Assembly: GCA_944320495.1 (NCBI GenBank)
Contig: CALUHR010000013.1
Span: 224,001 to 288,000, forward strand
Reading direction: 5' to 3'
DNA: 64,000 bases
DNA from: Candidatus Methanomethylophilaceae archaeon
GTDB taxonomy: Archaea; Thermoplasmatota; Thermoplasmata; Methanomassiliicoccales; Methanomethylophilaceae
Below, in pieces: positions 9,205 to 18,422 of this stretch. Within the stretch, counting starts at the first letter, position 1, and each line of letters opens with the position of its first letter. Below the pieces are notes generated by a model that did no database searches, had not been told where the DNA came from, and saw nothing but the letters and a program-made list of their open reading frames with translations. Both the position numbers and the translations under genes were made by a program.

Positions 9205-10008
9205 TCATCTCTCCTTTTCAAGAACCCTGACGCTGTCTCCTTTGACAGTGACGGGTATGGGGACCATGGCCTCGATGAGCTCGACCGTGATCTCCTCCTT
9301 CTCAGAGTCTATCTTCTGGACTCTGGCCTTCTCGCCCTTGAACGGTCCGTTCACGAGCTCGACTATGTCTCCGTCCACGATGCCGACGACGGCGGACACC
9401 GGCGTGAGGTAGGGACTGATCTCTTCGATGCTTGTCTCACCGTCGATGAAGTTCCTTGCCTTCTTGATGTCGCGCGTCTTCTCGTGGAGACGGTCCGTGT
9501 TCATGCCTTCGACGAACACGTATCCCCTGAGCCCGGCGGGGCTGAGGATGGCATAGATGTCCTTCTCTCCCAGGTTGGCCTTGGAGGCGAGGGCGTCTGC
9601 GACGACCTTCTCCTGGTCGATCTGGGTCTTAAGGATCATGATTGATTGGGTGGCGACGGCCTTGAACGAGATCGAGTTCGGCATCCCGTCGTCCGCGGTA
9701 ACCGTGACCTCGACCGTGTCACCGTATCTGGCTCCCTTGGGGCAGATGACCCCGAGGAACAGCTGCTTCTGACCCTTTCCGGGGGTCTCGACCGTGATCT
9801 CAGTGGCATTGCGGTAGTTGCTCCAGAGCTCCTCGTGCGCCGCATCGTAGAGGACGACGTCCCAGTCGGGAGCGCTCTCGTCGGGCCCGGTCGTGATGGA
9901 GAACGCGATCTTCACGTTGGGTCCGTCCGTCGATACGGTGAAGGGCCACTCCGCGGAGCTTCCCGCGTGGACCTTCTGGATTGCACCGTCTCCTGAAACT
10001 GATGCCAT
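9205..10008 (-). CDS. spt5: Transcription elongation factor Spt5/NusG with a ~120-aa N-terminal extension
   Basis: NGN domain (LRGYVFVE) and KOW motif (GDIVELVNGPFKGEKARV) in the C-terminal part; located between secE and rpl11. ATG 10008 or TTG 10017. Confidence 0.93.
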   Translation of the reverse strand: MASVSGDGAIQKVHAGSSAEWPFTVSTDGPNVKIAFSITTGPDESAPDWDVVLYDAAHEELWSNYRNATEITVETPGKGQKQLFLGVICPKGARYGDTVEVTVTADDGMPNSISFKAVATQSIMILKTQIDQEKVVADALASKANLGEKDIYAILSPAGLRGYVFVEGMNTDRLHEKTRDIKKARNFIDGETSIEEISPYLTPVSAVVGIVDGDIVELVNGPFKGEKARVQKIDSEKEEITVELIEAMVPIPVTVKGDSVRVLEKER

Positions 10009-10018
10009 TGTGACCAAC

Positions 10019-10243
10019 TCAGAAAGACTCGGGGAGAATGGTCATGAGCCACCAGATGGCGAAACCGATCGCTCCGATGAGTATGATCCCCACTGCAGTG
10101 ATGGTCAGAGTCTTGGCGTACTCATCCCTGGAGGGCGTGTGCGCCATCTTCAGGATCCTGCCGTACTTGCCCTTTCCGAAACCTTTGGCCTTGGACTCGA
10201 ACTCGTCCTGGAGCTCGTATGCCATGGACTCTTCTTCTGCCAT
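10019..10243 (-). CDS. secE: Protein translocase subunit SecE (Sec61-gamma)
   Basis: YGRILKMAHTPSRDEY followed by one TM helix; canonical position upstream of spt5. Confidence 0.92.
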   Translation of the reverse strand: MAEEESMAYELQDEFESKAKGFGKGKYGRILKMAHTPSRDEYAKTLTITAVGIILIGAIGFAIWWLMTILPESF

Positions 10244-10490
10244 TTTATCGTTCTCCCCCGCTGCGCGGGCCTTCCTCGTTACCACTGAAGGATAACGGGT
10301 CAAGGTTGCCCTTTATTAAGGAGTCTATTAAAAATCTTTCGTCGGAGGGAACACCTGGCCGCAATCGGCCCGACGACTCGTCCCATTCCCTCCTTATAAT
10401 GATTCAAATATCTAACGGGCCCGCCGATGACTGGTTCATTTTTATATGAGATTCGGGTACGGGCAGTTAATACCCCAGGGGGAACACTTA

Positions 10491-10658
10491 ATGGAAGAAG
10501 AAGTGCTTTGCAACGTTGAACTCGTCAAAGACAACAATGATTTCGTCATCAAGATCCAGAGCGACCTCGGCGGAGTCAGGGAATACAGGTCATCCAACTT
10601 CGAGGAAGTCCTCGAGCAGCTGATGCAGGACCTGCAGGAAGAGTTCGAGTCCCTCTGA
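10491..10658 (+). CDS. Small acidic hypothetical protein (55 aa)
   Basis: MEEEVLCNVELVKDNNDF...EEFESL; GGGGGA SD and normal codon bias; co-oriented with the UPF0147 gene. Confidence 0.65.
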   Translation: MEEEVLCNVELVKDNNDFVIKIQSDLGGVREYRSSNFEEVLEQLMQDLQEEFESL

Positions 10659-10675
10659 ATACATGGAGTGATTTC

Positions 10676-10936
10676 ATGGCTGCAGATAAGATCAAACAGG
10701 TCACCGACGTCCTCGACATGCTCGCCGAGGACACTTCCATCCCCAGGAACATCAGGAAGGGTGCCACCGACGCCAAGGCCCGCCTTCTCGACACCAAGGA
10801 GTCCATGGATGTCCGCGCCACCGGCGCCATCGTCATCCTCGACGACCTCGCCAACGACCCCAACATACCTCTGCACGGCAGGACCATCATCTGGAACGTC
10901 ATCAGCCAGCTCGAGGTCCTGAGCCAGCAGAACTGA
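10676..10936 (+). CDS. UPF0147 family protein
   Basis: DTSIPRNIR and NDPNIPLHGRTIIW motifs. Confidence 0.92.
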   Translation: MAADKIKQVTDVLDMLAEDTSIPRNIRKGATDAKARLLDTKESMDVRATGAIVILDDLANDPNIPLHGRTIIWNVISQLEVLSQQN

Positions 10937-10968
10937 TCCCCTTCTAACCCCGTCGTGCCGGGCGGCGC

Positions 10969-11544
10969 TCAGCGGCGCCGCTCGGCCACGATGTCCAGGA
11001 AGTTCTGGAATATCTCCGGGCCGTGCTCGGTGTTCTCGACCTCCGGATGGAACTGCACGCCGTAGATCGGCCTGTCGATGCATCTGACCGCCTCGTGCGG
11101 GCACGTGTCGGATGATGCGGTTATCTCGAACCCCTCCGGGATCCTCTTGACCTCGTCGTTGTGGGACGCCCACACCTGGAACGTGTCCGGAAGACCCTTG
11201 AAGAGGTCGTCGTGGGACCTGACCCTCAGACCGACCGGGCCGAACTCCGGGACGGACCCTGGGCCCAGCTCCCCGCCGAAGTGCTCGCAGAGGAACTGCA
11301 TGCCGGCGCAGATGCCCAGAATGGGGAAGTCCGCCCTGTCGAGGTACTCGCCGTTGTTGCCCATGCGGGCGGCGTCGCTGGCGACGTTGGGGGCCCCTCC
11401 GGAGAGGATGAGCCCGTCCACGTCGGCGATCTCCTCGAACGGCGTGGTGTTGGGGACGATCTTGGTCTCCACCTTCAGGTATCTGAGGACGCGCCACTCG
11501 CGGTGGGTCCACTGCCCACCGTTGTCGACGACGTAGACTTTCAT
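10969..11544 (-). CDS. guaAA: GMP synthase glutamine amidotransferase subunit A
   Basis: VDNGGQWTHR, PILGICAGMQ (catalytic Cys) and QFHPEV motifs. Confidence 0.95.
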   Translation of the reverse strand: MKVYVVDNGGQWTHREWRVLRYLKVETKIVPNTTPFEEIADVDGLILSGGAPNVASDAARMGNNGEYLDRADFPILGICAGMQFLCEHFGGELGPGSVPEFGPVGLRVRSHDDLFKGLPDTFQVWASHNDEVKRIPEGFEITASSDTCPHEAVRCIDRPIYGVQFHPEVENTEHGPEIFQNFLDIVAERRR

Positions 11545-11625
11545 GCTCTGCCGTAGAAAAACAGCGTATAAGTTTGTGATGCCCGGGTCGCCCCGGGCTT
11601 AAGGTCGGGCGGATGCCCGTTCGCC

Positions 11626-13116
11626 TCACGGATAGAATCCCGTGGGGGCCTCCTTGAGGTCTATGACTATGTTCTTGGTCTGGGTGTAGGCGTTCATGAT
11701 CATCTTGTGGGTCTCGCGACCGATGCCCGACTCCTTGTATCCGCCGAACGGCATGCCCGCGGGGAGCTGGTTGTAGCAGTTCACCCACATGCGACCGGTC
11801 TCCACACCCCTCGCGACGCGGATGGCCCTGTTGATGTCCTTCGTCCAGACGGCACCGCCGAGTCCGTAGACGGAGTCGTTGGCCATGGCGATGACCTCCT
11901 CCTCGGAGTGGAACTTGATGACCACGGCCACGGGCCCGAAGATCTCCTCCTGGGCAACGCGCATGTTGTTGGTGACGTCCACGAGCAGGGTCGGCTCCAT
12001 GAAGCATCCGTCCGCGCAGGCGCCCTTGGTGCAGCGCTTGCCGCCGACGGCGACCTTGGCGCCCTCGGCCTTGCCGATCTCGATGTAGTCCAGCACCCTC
12101 TGGACCTGCCCCTCGTTGATGCAGGCGCCCATCTGGGTGGCGGGATCCATCGGGTCCCCGACCTTGACCTTCTTGAACGCCTTGACGGCGTCCTTCACGA
12201 ACCTGTCGTAGATCGTGTCCTGCACGAACACGCGGGACCCGGCGCAGCACACCTGACCCTGGTTGAACAGGATGCCCATCTGGAGACCGTCGATGGCCTT
12301 GTCCCACTGGCAGTCCTCGAAGTAGATGTTGGCGCTCTTTCCTCCGAGCTCCAGGGTCGCCGGTATGAGCTTCTCGGCCGCGGCCTTGCTGACGCTCAGC
12401 CCGACCTCGGTGGATCCGGTGAAGGCGAGCTTCCTGAATCCGGGGTGGTCGAGCATGTACTGCCCGGACTTGGACCCCTTGCCGGAGATTATGTTCACGA
12501 CGCCGGGAGGCAGCAGGTCCCCGATCACATCCATCAGGACGTAGGCGCTGAGCGGCGTTGTGGACGACGATTTCAGCACGATGCAGTCCCCCGCGGCGAG
12601 AGCGGGTGCGAGCTTCCATGCGACCATCAGGAACGGGAAGTTCCATGGGACGATCATCCCGACCACACCTATGGGCTCCCTGAGGATAAGGCTGACGAGG
12701 TCCCCGTCGAGGACGCTGGCCGATCCCTCCTCCGACCTGATGACGCCGGCGAAGTACCGGAAGTGGTCCACCGCCAGCGGGACGTCGACGCCCTTGGTCT
12801 CCCTGATGGGTTTGCCGTTGTCGAGCGTCTCCACCTCCGCCAGGAGGTCCGCGTTGGCCTCGATGCGGTCCGCTATGTCCAGGAGGATCTTCGACCTGAC
12901 CGACGGGTCGACCCTCTTCCAGGAATCGAATGCCTTCCACGCGGCCTTCACGGCCTTGTCCACGTCCTTCTTCGTCGCTTCGGCGCAGTCGGCGAGCTTC
13001 TCGCCATTCGCGGGATTGTGCGTCTCGAACGTGCCCTTGTCCGATGCCGCCACCCACTTGCCGTTGATGTACAATCCGTAGCTTTCCTTGAGTTTGGGTT
13101 TGGATGCTTTTGCCAA
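11626..13116 (-). CDS. NAD-dependent aldehyde dehydrogenase
   Basis: IVPWNFP, FTGSTEVG, LELGGKS, GQVCCAGSR and EEIFGPV motifs. TTG 13116 follows the SD CAGGAGG (ORF track extends to 13344). Confidence 0.95.
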   Translation of the reverse strand: MAKASKPKLKESYGLYINGKWVAASDKGTFETHNPANGEKLADCAEATKKDVDKAVKAAWKAFDSWKRVDPSVRSKILLDIADRIEANADLLAEVETLDNGKPIRETKGVDVPLAVDHFRYFAGVIRSEEGSASVLDGDLVSLILREPIGVVGMIVPWNFPFLMVAWKLAPALAAGDCIVLKSSSTTPLSAYVLMDVIGDLLPPGVVNIISGKGSKSGQYMLDHPGFRKLAFTGSTEVGLSVSKAAAEKLIPATLELGGKSANIYFEDCQWDKAIDGLQMGILFNQGQVCCAGSRVFVQDTIYDRFVKDAVKAFKKVKVGDPMDPATQMGACINEGQVQRVLDYIEIGKAEGAKVAVGGKRCTKGACADGCFMEPTLLVDVTNNMRVAQEEIFGPVAVVIKFHSEEEVIAMANDSVYGLGGAVWTKDINRAIRVARGVETGRMWVNCYNQLPAGMPFGGYKESGIGRETHKMIMNAYTQTKNIVIDLKEAPTGFYP

Positions 13117-13240
13117 GGTGTACCCTCCTGTTTTGTAATCGCGGCGTACGGGCTTAAAAGGAACCGTGGTTGGATGGGTGGGGGCACCCCGCCCAGGCAC
13201 ATGCGCGTCATATTTGAATCGGAGACGCCATTCGTCATGC

Positions 13241-13621
13241 ATGCCGATGACATTCGAGAACAAGGAGTACCTCAAGCTGAAGGAGACGAAGGATGACGAG
13301 TTCTCCGACCTCATAGGGGGCATCCTGGTGAGCGGCGAGACCATCGTCCATACCTACAGGAGCGTCCGCGACGGGATCGTCTTCACCAACAAGAGGCTGA
13401 TCGCGATCGACATCCAGGGGATCACTGGCAAGAAGAAGAACATCACGATACTGCCCTTCGACCGCATCCAGGCGTTCAGCGTGCAGACCGCGGGCGTGAT
13501 CGACATCGACAGCGAGCTGTACCTCTGGTTCGCCGGCATGGGCGAGGTGAAGTTCGAGTTCACCGCCAGGACCGACGTGTCCAGGATCTGCCGCTGCATC
13601 AGCGAGTGCATCCTGGACTGA
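13241..13621 (+). CDS. Bacterial-type PH domain protein (bPH_1)
   Basis: RDGIVFTNKRLIAIDIQGITGKK...FSVQTAG..D.DSEL is typical of bPH_1. Confidence 0.85.
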   Translation: MPMTFENKEYLKLKETKDDEFSDLIGGILVSGETIVHTYRSVRDGIVFTNKRLIAIDIQGITGKKKNITILPFDRIQAFSVQTAGVIDIDSELYLWFAGMGEVKFEFTARTDVSRICRCISECILD

Positions 13622-13669
13622 AACGATGATTTAGAAGGCGGGGCCTCGGGCCCCGCCGTTTATCGGCCG

Positions 13670-14650
13670 TCACTCCCACTCGATGGTTCCCGGGGGCTTG
13701 GCCGTCACATCGTAGACGACGCGGTTTATGCCGGGGACCTCCGCGGTGATGCGGGCCGCGATCCTCTTCAGGAGGGGGTACGGGATCTCCTCCACCTCGG
13801 CAGTCATGGCGTCGGTGGTGTTGACCGCGCGAATGATGACCGGGCGCTCGAAGGTGCGGTTGCCGTCGCGTACGCCCACGGACCTGAAGTCAGGGACGAC
13901 GGTGAAGTACTGCCACACCTTGCCCTCGAGACCGTTCGCGGCGAACTCCTCGCGGAGGATGGCGTCGGACTCCCTGACCATCTCGAGCCTGTCCCTGGTG
14001 ATCGCGCCTAGGCAGCGGACGCCGAGGCCGGGTCCGGGGAAGGGCTGGCGGTAGACCATGGAGTCGGGGAGGCCGAGGGTCTTCCCGACCACGCGGACCT
14101 CGTCCTTGAACAGGAACTTCACGGGCTCGACCAGCTTGAACTTCAGGTCCTCGGGGAGGCCGCCGACGTTGTGGTGGGCCTTCACGGTGCCGCTCTCGAG
14201 GATGTCGGGGTAGATCGTCCCCTGTGCCAGGAACTCGACGCCCTCCTGCTTGCGGGCCTCCTCCTCGAACACGCGGATGAACTCCGCTCCGATGATCTTC
14301 CTCTTCTGCTCGGGCTCGGATACCCCGGCCAGCTTGTCTAGGAAGCGGTCGACGGCGTCGACGTAGACGAGGTTGGCGTCCATCTGGTTGCGGAACACCT
14401 CCACGACCTGCTCCGGCTCCCCCTTCCTGAGGAGGCCGTGGTTCACGTGAACGCACACAAGGTTCTTCCCGATGGCGCGGATGAGGAGGGCGGCCACGAC
14501 GGAGGAGTCGACCCCTCCGCTTAGGGCGAGCAGGACCTTGCCGTCCCCTACCTGGGCCTTGATCTCGGCGATCTTCTCGGCGATGAACGCCTCGGCCAGT
14601 TCGGGCGTCGTGATTCTCTGCATGTCGTCCGGACGTTTGTTGCAGTCCAT
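13670..14650 (-). CDS. GMP synthase ATP-pyrophosphatase subunit, bacterial-type stand-alone copy
   Basis: [37 protein letters not shown] and KPPGTIEWE; N-terminus [19 protein letters not shown]. Start at ATG 14650 or 14623. Confidence 0.9.
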   Translation of the reverse strand: MDCNKRPDDMQRITTPELAEAFIAEKIAEIKAQVGDGKVLLALSGGVDSSVVAALLIRAIGKNLVCVHVNHGLLRKGEPEQVVEVFRNQMDANLVYVDAVDRFLDKLAGVSEPEQKRKIIGAEFIRVFEEEARKQEGVEFLAQGTIYPDILESGTVKAHHNVGGLPEDLKFKLVEPVKFLFKDEVRVVGKTLGLPDSMVYRQPFPGPGLGVRCLGAITRDRLEMVRESDAILREEFAANGLEGKVWQYFTVVPDFRSVGVRDGNRTFERPVIIRAVNTTDAMTAEVEEIPYPLLKRIAARITAEVPGINRVVYDVTAKPPGTIEWE

Positions 14651-14717
14651 GTTATCGGACCGGCAAAGCCGTACGGATGTAAAAAGGGGGCGGAGGACCG
14701 CCCCCGCGGAAGGCGTT

Positions 14718-15665
14718 TCACTCCCACTCGATGGTCGCGGGAGGCTTGTTCGTGATGTCGTAGACGACACGGTTGACGGAATCCTTCATCGTGTTCGTGA
14801 TGCGGACCGAGATGGCGTCGAGCACGTCCAGCGGGATGCGGGCATAGGTGGCGGTCATGCCGTCGACGGAGGCGACGGCGCGGACGGCGATGGTCCTTCC
14901 GTACGCCCTCCTGTCGCCCTGCACGCCGACGGACCTGGACGGGAGGAGGACAGCGAAGTACTGCCACGGCATCTCCATCTTGCCGGCCTCGGCGGCCTTG
15001 CGGATCTCGTCCTCGACGATGTGGCAGGCCTCGCGGACGATCGCGATGCCCTCGGGTGTGACCTCACCGAGGCACCTGACTGCCAGTGCGGGGCCGGGGA
15101 AGGGCTGCCTCTCGGACGCCTTGACGCCGAGCAGTCTGGCAACATCCCTGACCTCGTCCTTGTAGAGGTCCCTGAGGGGCTCGACCAGCGTCATGCCCAT
15201 GTCCTTGGGGAGCCCGCCGACGTTGTGGTGGGACTTGATGGTGTCCCTGACACCGTCGCCGCTCTCGATCCAGTCGGGGGCGATGGTCCCCTGGACGAGG
15301 TACTCCGCGCCGAAGTCCCTGGCCTCCCTCTCGAAGACCCTGATGAACTTCTCGCCGATGATCTTCCTCTTCCTCTCGGGGTCGGAGACGCCCTTCAGGG
15401 CGTCGAAGAACTCCTGGCCGGAGGAGGCGATCCTGTAGTTGATGCCCATGTCCCTGAGCATCCCCTCGACCTCCTCGGTCTCCCCCTTCCTCATGAGGCC
15501 GTTGTCCACGTAGACGGCGAGCAGCCTGTCGCCGATGGCCTTGCTGGCCAGAGTGGCGGCGACCATGCTGTCGACGCCGCCGGAGCAGGCGATGATGGCC
15601 CTGCCCTGTATCCTGGACCTGAGGTCCTCGACGGTCTCCTCGATGAAGTCCTCGGCACCCAGCAT
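14718..15665 (-). CDS. guaAB: GMP synthase subunit B (archaeal type)
   Basis: [32 protein letters not shown] and KPPATIEWE motifs. Confidence 0.95.
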   Translation of the reverse strand: MLGAEDFIEETVEDLRSRIQGRAIIACSGGVDSMVAATLASKAIGDRLLAVYVDNGLMRKGETEEVEGMLRDMGINYRIASSGQEFFDALKGVSDPERKRKIIGEKFIRVFEREARDFGAEYLVQGTIAPDWIESGDGVRDTIKSHHNVGGLPKDMGMTLVEPLRDLYKDEVRDVARLLGVKASERQPFPGPALAVRCLGEVTPEGIAIVREACHIVEDEIRKAAEAGKMEMPWQYFAVLLPSRSVGVQGDRRAYGRTIAVRAVASVDGMTATYARIPLDVLDAISVRITNTMKDSVNRVVYDITNKPPATIEWE

Positions 15666-16131
15666 CCTGAACCACCTTCTCGGAATCGGCGACGACCTTG
15701 TCCGCCTGCTCCCTCCTGTACGCGACCAGCGCGTCCCTGACGGCCGCGTCGTTCACGGCGATGATCTCGCAGGCGAGGATCGCCGCGTTGTCGCCGCGGT
15801 CGAGGCCGACACAGGCGACCGGGATGCCCGGGGGCATCTGGACGATCGAGAGGATCGCGTCCAGGTTCATGGCCCCGCTGACGGGGACGCCGATGACGGG
15901 CTTGACTGTGAACGATGCTACGACTCCGGGGAGGGCCGCCGAGAGGCCCGCGATGGCGACGAAGGCGTCGGCGTCGCTGCCCTTGACGAGCTCCTCTACC
16001 CTGGCGGGGGTCCTGTGGGCGGATGCAACCGCGATGTCGAAGGCGACGCCCAGCTTCTTCAGGACGTTGATCGCCTTCTCCGCCACGGGCATGTCGCTCT
16101 TGCTACCCAGGATGATGGAGACCTTTGACAT
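15652..16131 (-). CDS. purE: N5-CAIR mutase / AIR carboxylase (ends at CGA 15654-15652)
   Basis: [20 protein letters not shown] and QMPPGIPVA motifs; about 160 codons up to the CGA. The standard-code ORF (to 15064) overlaps guaAB by about 600 nt. Confidence 0.93.
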
Positions 16132-16236
16132 TGTGTCTGCCATCCCCTCATCGATTAAAATCTATTGTAAAGACGGAAAAGCGAACGGGTGCAGAAGGGT
16201 GAAGGATGTTTTGGTAAGGGGTTTCTCCGAGTCCGA

Positions 16237-16545
16237 TCAGCTCTTGAGAACGACGACCAGGAAGATGCCGACGGCGATGAGGGCTCCGATCAGGATTCCG
16301 ATGAGGTCGATGATCGCGGTGTAGATGAGATCGAACGCATCGACTTCGTCGAAGACGGAGATGCTGCCATCAGCAAGCAGGTAGGCCCAGATGATTCCGA
16401 TGACGAGACCGAGGACGGCCATGCACGCGCCTGCGGACCTGCTCTTACCAGATCCGAAGTACGCGGAGAAGATACCCGCCACCAGCATGACCAAGGCGAA
16501 TGCGAAAACCACCAGGGTCAGGAAGGCCATAAGGGTGAATTCCAT
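16237..16545 (-). CDS. Small membrane protein (3 TM)
   Basis: Three hydrophobic helices around YFGSGKSR; GGAGG SD and a TATA-like sequence upstream. Confidence 0.8.
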   Translation of the reverse strand: MEFTLMAFLTLVVFAFALVMLVAGIFSAYFGSGKSRSAGACMAVLGLVIGIIWAYLLADGSISVFDEVDAFDLIYTAIIDLIGILIGALIAVGIFLVVVLKS

Positions 16546-16844
16546 GTCTTAAACCTCCGATTTGGCCCGCAGAGCGGGCTCCGTTAGGTGCGCAACACAA
16601 TCGTTATTATAAAAATAATTGGACAGGGGAACAGTCTGGCTCCCTGATGCACCATCCGGTCCATTCGGATATTACGTACGTATCCTGGATATACTGTGGC
16701 TGACCCATCCAAGAATCACAACAGTTAAAGTCGCAACGATCGACTTTTCGCTCAAAGTATAATAAATAAAGCCAAAGTTTTAAATAAAATACCAATATTC
16801 CTCTTATAACATTGTTGTCGTTCGAACTGGACTGCGTGATTCCG

Positions 16845-17105
16845 ATGGATATTCTGGGTGTTGTCGAGGAAACGACCTGCGATGGCAGGATCATCATCCG
16901 CTGCGACGCCCTGCCAGACATCGGAGACTCGGTGTTCGCCAAGGGTGGGAGGCTGGGCACCGTCGGCAGGGTGTTCGGACCGGTCGACAGCCCATACGCA
17001 TCCGTGAACCCCGTCGGGGGCGCCACGGCCGCGAAGGGCACAAGGACGTCTTTCAAGGGGAGAAAGCACGATGCCAAAAGTAAGAGAGGAAACAGAAGAG
17101 ATCGA
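16845..17105 (+). CDS. gar1: H/ACA RNP subunit Gar1/Naf1 (ends at CGA 17103-17105)
   Basis: [18 protein letters not shown] motif and the conserved position upstream of tfb. The standard-code ORF ends at 17144. Confidence 0.85.
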
Positions 17106-18003
17106 AGTCTGTCCCGAGTGCGGAAGCCACCACCTCATCCGTGATTACGAGCGCGGAGAGCTGCTGTGCGAGGACTGCGGACTGGTCCTCGACGACCAGT
17201 TCATCGATCAGGGACCCGAGTGGAGGGCCTTCGATGTCGAGCAGGGCGAAAAGCGCGCACGCACCGGAGCCCCGATGACGTACACCATCCACGACAAGGG
17301 TCTGTCCACCGAGATCTCCTGGAAGAACAAGGACAGCTACGGCAAGAGCATCCCCACCAGGAACAGGGCCCAGCTGTACAGGCTGAGGAAGTGGCAGAGG
17401 AGGATCCGTGTCTCCAACGCCACCGAGAGGAACCTCGCGTTCGCCCTGTCCGAGCTGGACAGGATGGCATCCGCCATGGGACTCCCCAGGAACGTCAGGG
17501 AGACGGCCGCCATGATCTACAGGAAGGCCGTCAACAAGAACCTGATCAGAGGAAGGTCCATCGAAGGCGTCGTGGCCGCGTCGCTCTACGCCGCCTGCAG
17601 GCAGTGCGGTGTCCCGAGGACGCTCGACGAGGTCGCCAACTCCAGCCGTGTCGGCAGGAAGGAGATCGGCAGGACCTACAGGTTCATGACCCGCGAGCTG
17701 AAGCTCAAGCTGATGCCCACCAAGCCCCAGGACTACGTCCAGAGGTTCTGCTCCGAGCTCAAGCTGAGCGGGGAGGTCCAGAGCAAGGCCGCCGAGATCC
17801 TCAAGGACGCCTCCGAGAAGGAGCTCACCTCCGGCAGGGGACCCACCGGCGTCGCCGCCGCGGCCATCTACATCTCCTCCATCCTGTGCAACGAGCGCAG
17901 GACCCAGAGGGAGGTGGCCGACGTCGCGGGAGTGACCGAGGTCACCATCAGGAACCGCTACAAGGAGCTCACCGAGAAGCTGGGCATCGAGATCCAGCTC
18001 TGA
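17071..18003 (+). CDS. tfb: Transcription initiation factor IIB
   Basis: CPECG zinc ribbon, [10 protein letters not shown] and two cyclin repeats. Confidence 0.98.
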   Translation: MPKVREETEEIEVCPECGSHHLIRDYERGELLCEDCGLVLDDQFIDQGPEWRAFDVEQGEKRARTGAPMTYTIHDKGLSTEISWKNKDSYGKSIPTRNRAQLYRLRKWQRRIRVSNATERNLAFALSELDRMASAMGLPRNVRETAAMIYRKAVNKNLIRGRSIEGVVAASLYAACRQCGVPRTLDEVANSSRVGRKEIGRTYRFMTRELKLKLMPTKPQDYVQRFCSELKLSGEVQSKAAEILKDASEKELTSGRGPTGVAAAAIYISSILCNERRTQREVADVAGVTEVTIRNRYKELTEKLGIEIQL

Positions 18004-18083
18004 GCGCCAGAGGCGCAAACACTCACGCCTGTCCGTCGCCCCCAGACGGACAGGTTTAATTTTGGTATGCCTTAACATCCTGC

Positions 18084-18422
18084 ATGGAACAGCAGGACCA
18101 GAGACCCAGCAGACATGTCTGCCTCACACGCAGGGCGCCGCTCGGCATATCGTCGGACCCGGAGCTGGACATGCTCCAGGCCCTGGCCGACCCGGACGTG
18201 CTGACGATGGTACGCGGGCTGGCGAGAGAGGAGGCCAGGTCCCCGTTCCCCGACGGACTGTTCGGACTGGACTCGCCGAGGACCAACGCCGCGATCAGGA
18301 GGATGAGGGATGCGGGACTGATCTCCTCGCGCAGGGACGGCAACGATCACGTCTACTTCCTCAACGCCCCCAGGTTCCGCGACTTGGAGCACTTCATATC
18401 GGGACTGATCGCGAAGGACCGA
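18084..18422 (+). CDS. ArsR/winged-HTH family regulator (ends at CGA 18420-18422)
   Basis: LQALADPDVLTMV...AIRRMRDAGLISSRRDGNDHVYFLN. The standard-code ORF continues about 1.1 kb antisense to endA, to 19535. Confidence 0.75.

Noticed and set aside
10442-13057. Very long alternative-frame ORFs (e.g. 10442..13057, 6429..8297, 23205..24902, 29444..31543, 42461..44011)
   Set aside because: Shadow ORFs of GC-rich coding DNA: Arg/Gly/Pro-rich, no motifs, overlapping well-supported genes. Many contain CGA codons and would be shorter under the proposed code.
15064-16143. Apparent PurE fusion (359 aa), and similar apparent fusions at 20471..22555, 33405..35078 and 57729..59588
   Set aside because: The extensions are out-of-frame or antisense readings of neighbouring genes with no domain content. 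They are better explained by termination at CGA.
16640-16715. Possible C/D box sRNA (TGATGC ... CTGA)
   Set aside because: Imperfect C box, no terminal stem, and no recognisable guide or C'/D' pair.
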